DNA of 11,201 nucleotides, from NCBI GenBank assembly GCA_003166335.1, contig PMWA01000039.1:11342-22542 (forward strand), in the 5' to 3' direction. The translations under genes and the position numbers were made by a program. Source of the stretch: Methanobacterium sp. Lineage in GTDB: Archaea; Methanobacteriota; Methanobacteria; Methanobacteriales; Methanobacteriaceae. Positions 7,517-11,201 of this stretch are shown piece after piece (position 1 is the stretch's first letter; each line of letters opens with the position of its first letter). The notes under the pieces are model-generated. The model was given only the letters and a program-made list of their open reading frames with translations. It was not told the DNA's origin and did not search any database.

Positions 7517-8566
7517 ATGGTGAATGTAGGAATTCTAGGAGCAACCGGAATGGTAGGGCAGCGTTTCATTGAATTATTAGGTGATCATCCCGATTTAGAG
7601 TTAACAACCCTCACAGCTTCAAAAAGATCTGCAGGAAAAAAATATGAAGATGCAGTAACCTGGTATTTAGACTGTAAAATCCCAGAAATAGCCCGAAACA
7701 TTACCGTTGTAGATACTGACCCCAATGAAGTTAAAGATGTAGACATCGTGTTTTCAGCATTACCCGCAGACATTGCAAGAATAGTAGAACCCCAATTCGC
7801 AGAAGCCGGAATGGTAGTAGCATCTAACGCCGCTGCCATGCGAATGGAACCAGATGTCCCATTAGTTATCCCTGAAGTTAATCCGGAACACTTGGAATTA
7901 GTTGAATTGCAACGCAAAAATAGGGGATGGGATGGATTCATAGTAACCAATCCTAACTGCTCCACCATAGCCTTAGCCATGACACTAAAACCATTATATG
8001 ATCAATTCAAATTAGAAAAAGTATACGTCTCCACCATGCAAGCCGTATCTGGTGCAGGATATAATGGAGTACCCAGTATGGCTATTGTGGATAATTTAGT
8101 GCCCTTCATCGGTGGTGAAGAAGAGAAAATGGAAAATGAAACCTTACACTTATTAGGTGATTTAGATGGTAATACGGTTACCCCAGCATCCTTCGGAGTC
8201 AGCGCATCCTGCCATCGTGTAGCTGTTTTAGATGGACATACTGAAGCAGTTTTCATCGAAATGAGTGAAGAATTCAACGTTGATGAAGTTAAAAAATCTT
8301 TCCACGAGTTTCAAGGATTACCTCAAAAACTTGACCTCTACTCTGCACCAGCAGCACCCATAATCATAAGAGAAGAAGAAAACAGACCCCAACCGCGCAT
8401 GGATCGTAATGCAGAACATGGAATGGCAGTAACTGTCGGAAGAATCAGAAAAGATAATGTATTTAATAAAACCCTTAAATACATCTTAGTAGGTCACAAT
8501 ACCATTAGAGGCGCAGCAGGAGCATCCATACTCAACGCAGAACTCATAAATGAAATAATCTTATAA
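7517..8566 (+). CDS. asd: Aspartate-semialdehyde dehydrogenase (archaeal/fungal type)
   Basis: GATGMVGQR, catalytic [19 protein letters not shown] and [17 protein letters not shown]. Confidence 0.97.
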   Translation: MVNVGILGATGMVGQRFIELLGDHPDLELTTLTASKRSAGKKYEDAVTWYLDCKIPEIARNITVVDTDPNEVKDVDIVFSALPADIARIVEPQFAEAGMVVASNAAAMRMEPDVPLVIPEVNPEHLELVELQRKNRGWDGFIVTNPNCSTIALAMTLKPLYDQFKLEKVYVSTMQAVSGAGYNGVPSMAIVDNLVPFIGGEEEKMENETLHLLGDLDGNTVTPASFGVSASCHRVAVLDGHTEAVFIEMSEEFNVDEVKKSFHEFQGLPQKLDLYSAPAAPIIIREEENRPQPRMDRNAEHGMAVTVGRIRKDNVFNKTLKYILVGHNTIRGAAGASILNAELINEIIL

Positions 8567-8817
8567 AAATTTAAGGGTACTCATTTTTTGAATATTTTTT
8601 GATTATTTCATTTAAAATATTTTTTTTTAATTAAATTATTCCATAAGGGAAGTTCAAGAAATTCTTTCACCAAATTTGGAAAGAAAATAAAAATTTAATA
8701 AATCGGATACACTATAATATTAATCTATTATTTTTTTTTAAAAAAAATAATCCAAATAATAGTCAAAAATCAATTTTAGTGGTTTGAAAATATAAGTTCA
8801 AAGAGCTGATTAAAAAA

Positions 8818-9714
8818 ATGATAAATTCGGATAATGATAGATTAACGAGTTGGAATAATGGATTAACCAAACAATCAATCATTGATTTTCTAAACTCAAC
8901 AGTAGAAGATGGATCCAATTACATCAAACCCGAAGACCGTATTGCAACATTTGATAATGACGGCACACTTTGGGTGGAGCAACCCATTCCAGTTCAAGCG
9001 GATTTCATATTCCAAGCTTTACTAAAATCATCCCTAAAAGACCCATCATTAGCAAACCAACAACCATATAAAGCAATAATCGAAAAAGACAATAAATATT
9101 TATCACTTATTCTCGAACAACAACCAGATGCAATCATGGATTTAGAAAGGGCAATAGCTCGACAGTGGAGTGGAACAACACCCAATGAATTCGAATACGA
9201 AGTTAAAAAATTTTTAACAACTGCTAAACATTTGAAATTTAATGTTAATTATACGGATATGATTTACAAACCCATGCTAGAATTATTTGATTTACTAAAA
9301 AGCTACAAATACCGGATATTTATATGTTCCGGTGGTGGTCGAGATTTTATGAGGGTCATCGCTGAAGAAACGTGGGGAATACATAAAGAAAACGTTATAG
9401 GAACCGCACCAGAATATGAGTACCAAAACGGTACCCTCAAACGGACAAAAAAGATAATAGGGGGTATTTCATTAGGACCCGGGAAGGTTGAACATATTTT
9501 CGCAAGTACCGGACGATTACCAGTTATTGCAGCCGGTAATGCTGATGGAGATATAGAAATGCTGGATTCTGCTAAATATAAATTATTATTAAGCCATGAT
9601 GACCATGAAAGAGAATATGCTTATAATGATGGAGCCCAAAAAGCATTAAATAATGCCAAAGATAAGGATTACACAGTTATAAGCATAAAAAACGATTGGA
9701 AAAAAATTTTTTAA
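8818..9714 (+). CDS. HAD-superfamily hydrolase (acid phosphatase-like)
   Basis: Motif I FDNDGTLW, motif II ICSGG, motif III Lys in GPGK and motif IV GNADGD. C-terminal HDDxEREYAY and SIKNDWKKIF. Confidence 0.88.
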   Translation: MINSDNDRLTSWNNGLTKQSIIDFLNSTVEDGSNYIKPEDRIATFDNDGTLWVEQPIPVQADFIFQALLKSSLKDPSLANQQPYKAIIEKDNKYLSLILEQQPDAIMDLERAIARQWSGTTPNEFEYEVKKFLTTAKHLKFNVNYTDMIYKPMLELFDLLKSYKYRIFICSGGGRDFMRVIAEETWGIHKENVIGTAPEYEYQNGTLKRTKKIIGGISLGPGKVEHIFASTGRLPVIAAGNADGDIEMLDSAKYKLLLSHDDHEREYAYNDGAQKALNNAKDKDYTVISIKNDWKKIF

Positions 9715-9857
9715 ATATTTATTATTCATAAAATTAATAATCTAATTTTTTTTAATCTGCAATCATTGTGATTAAAATTTCATTATAATTTGAGTTTTGA
9801 AAATATCTAAAAGTTTAAAGGCTCAAAACTACATAAAACATTATTAGTGATTTATAT

Positions 9858-10382
9858 ATGGCTTTCTATAAGGATACTGAAAGAGAACAATTACGGCAGT
9901 TGGTAAAGGCTTGCCTTCTTGAGATAAGTAAATTAAAAATTCAACTTAAGAAGTGTCAGAAAGAATCAAGTCAAAAACAGAGTGAAAACAATCTAATTAA
10001 AGAATTAAAAGAAGAATCACAAAATAAAATAGATGAAAAAGACAGGCAATTACAGAAGAAAGAAAATACGATAAATTCACTTCAAGATCTTCTGAAGCAG
10101 CAGGAGAAACAGTTGGAGGAACTTCAGAAAGTGAAGCTTCATTTTGAAGCCATTACAGATAAACCTAAAACGGATCTAACCTCTTTCCAATCTCAAGTAT
10201 ATCAATTATTACCAGAAAAAGAGGATACCCTTGAACATCTTTATAATTATATTACTAGTATAGGGTTCAGTGAACTCTCCAATGAGAACTTTGAATATTT
10301 ACTCCACAATCTCGAGAGGAAAAACTATTGTCACTCACGCACCCATAATAACCAGACTTTATGGAAGAAAATAGTTAAATAA
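9858..10382 (+). CDS. Hypothetical protein with long coiled coil and small C-terminal domain
   Basis: 174 aa ORF with SD-like AGTGA. Residues ~8-95 are K/E/Q/L-rich with heptad pattern, followed by a compact alpha/beta C-terminal region. Confidence 0.8.
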   Translation: MAFYKDTEREQLRQLVKACLLEISKLKIQLKKCQKESSQKQSENNLIKELKEESQNKIDEKDRQLQKKENTINSLQDLLKQQEKQLEELQKVKLHFEAITDKPKTDLTSFQSQVYQLLPEKEDTLEHLYNYITSIGFSELSNENFEYLLHNLERKNYCHSRTHNNQTLWKKIVK

Positions 10383-10385
10383 AGT

Positions 10386-10822
10386 ATGATGGATTATAAA
10401 ACCCTAAAAAAACTAATTATACTTATAGGAGTATTATTTATTCATTCAATACTGGTTAAGAATGGTAATTAACTTATTCACGGTAATTCCAAAAACTACT
10501 CCTTTAAACTTTTTAAACTACTCAGGAGGATTAAAAGTCCTAGCACATATCACCAATGGCTTCTTAATCCTATTAATCTCAGCAATAATAATCATTTATA
10601 GGTATTAAATTAACTAATTCATTTTATAGTAAATTAACTATTATATCAACATTATTCATTGCATTAGCCATAATAACTGGTTTAATCTTCATACTTGAAG
10701 GGATGAATAATTCCTTTTCAATAGCCATGGCTATGGTATTCATCTTCACCTACACATTATACTTCTACATATTCTATTTAATAATTAATGCAGAAAACAA
10801 GCTAAATTTACCTAAAAAATAA
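10386..10822 (+). pseudogene. Multi-pass membrane protein gene (~144 aa) broken by two +1 frameshifts (~10440 and ~10600)
   Basis: Three consecutive open segments: MMDYKTLKKLIILIGVLF / FIQYWLRMVINLFTVIPKTTPLNFLNYSGGLKVLAHITNGFLILLISAIIII / GIKLTNSFYSKLTIISTLFIALAIITGLIFILEGMNNSFSIAMAMVFIFTYTLYFYIFYLIINAENKLNLPKK*. About 4 hydrophobic helices. ATG lies 3 nt after the previous stop. Confidence 0.7.
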
Positions 10823-11201
10823 CTTAAATTTAAATTAAATAAACTTAAAATTGATTTAAAATAATATATCTAGGATTCTAGGAAATAGACAGTAATTAAA
10901 TCTTCTAAAGACCAGATATGGACTAAAAATTTAGTAAACTTATTATTTATATTATTTTCGGTTTCATTGTAAATAGTAAATAATATTTATGTTATAAACA
11001 AAGTTCATAATATATCAACTTTGAGAGTTACCAATCGTTACAATCATATAGTGAAAAATAAATAATCTGTAAAAAGTGAATAATTAAACATTATATTCTT
11101 CAAAAAAAGCATGATATATGATGATAATAGCAATTAATGAACTTTAAAGGTTATATTCACGATTTTTTTATGGATTAAAATAAAGGGAAAAATATTTTTT
11201 A

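Noticed and set aside
6722..9185. Minus-strand ORFs 6722..7081, 7186..7383, 7229..7480, 7585..7980, 8002..8277 and 8994..9185
   Set aside because: Antisense shadows of dapB, asd and the HAD gene.
11000..11145. 9-bp inverted repeat AAAGTTCAT/ATGAACTTT, tandem GTTAC(C)AATC at 11027-11045, and ATGATGA near 11118
   Set aside because: Short matches expected by chance in very AT-rich DNA. No target-site duplication, no box D partner and no ORF.

Overview
AT-rich archaeal window, most likely from a Methanobacteriales methanogen (Methanobacterium-like). This assignment is inferred from gene content, gene order and GGTGA-type Shine-Dalgarno sites. The conserved backbone is the 5' end of cbiD and a CPYC thioredoxin on the minus strand, then a plus-strand cluster: archaeal shikimate kinase, chorismate mutase, ribosomal protein S17e, aspartate kinase, dapA, dapB, asd. 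From recall, this matches the order of M. thermautotrophicus MTH799-808. Two accessory zones flank the cluster. (i) 617-2978 holds a double-hairpin structured element (1001-1110), two small minus-strand genes that the ORF track shows only as fragments because each carries a +1 frameshift (1136-1481, 1534-1849), and a divergent orphan response regulator. (ii) 8818-11201 holds a bacterial-type HAD hydrolase, a coiled-coil hypothetical protein, and a ~144-aa multi-pass membrane protein gene broken by two +1 frameshifts and absent from the ORF track. An alternatively foldable hairpin/T-tract element lies between dapA and dapB. No tRNA, rRNA, CRISPR array or transposase was seen. The best candidate for something undescribed is the hairpin + two small genes + receiver module, but its function is speculative.
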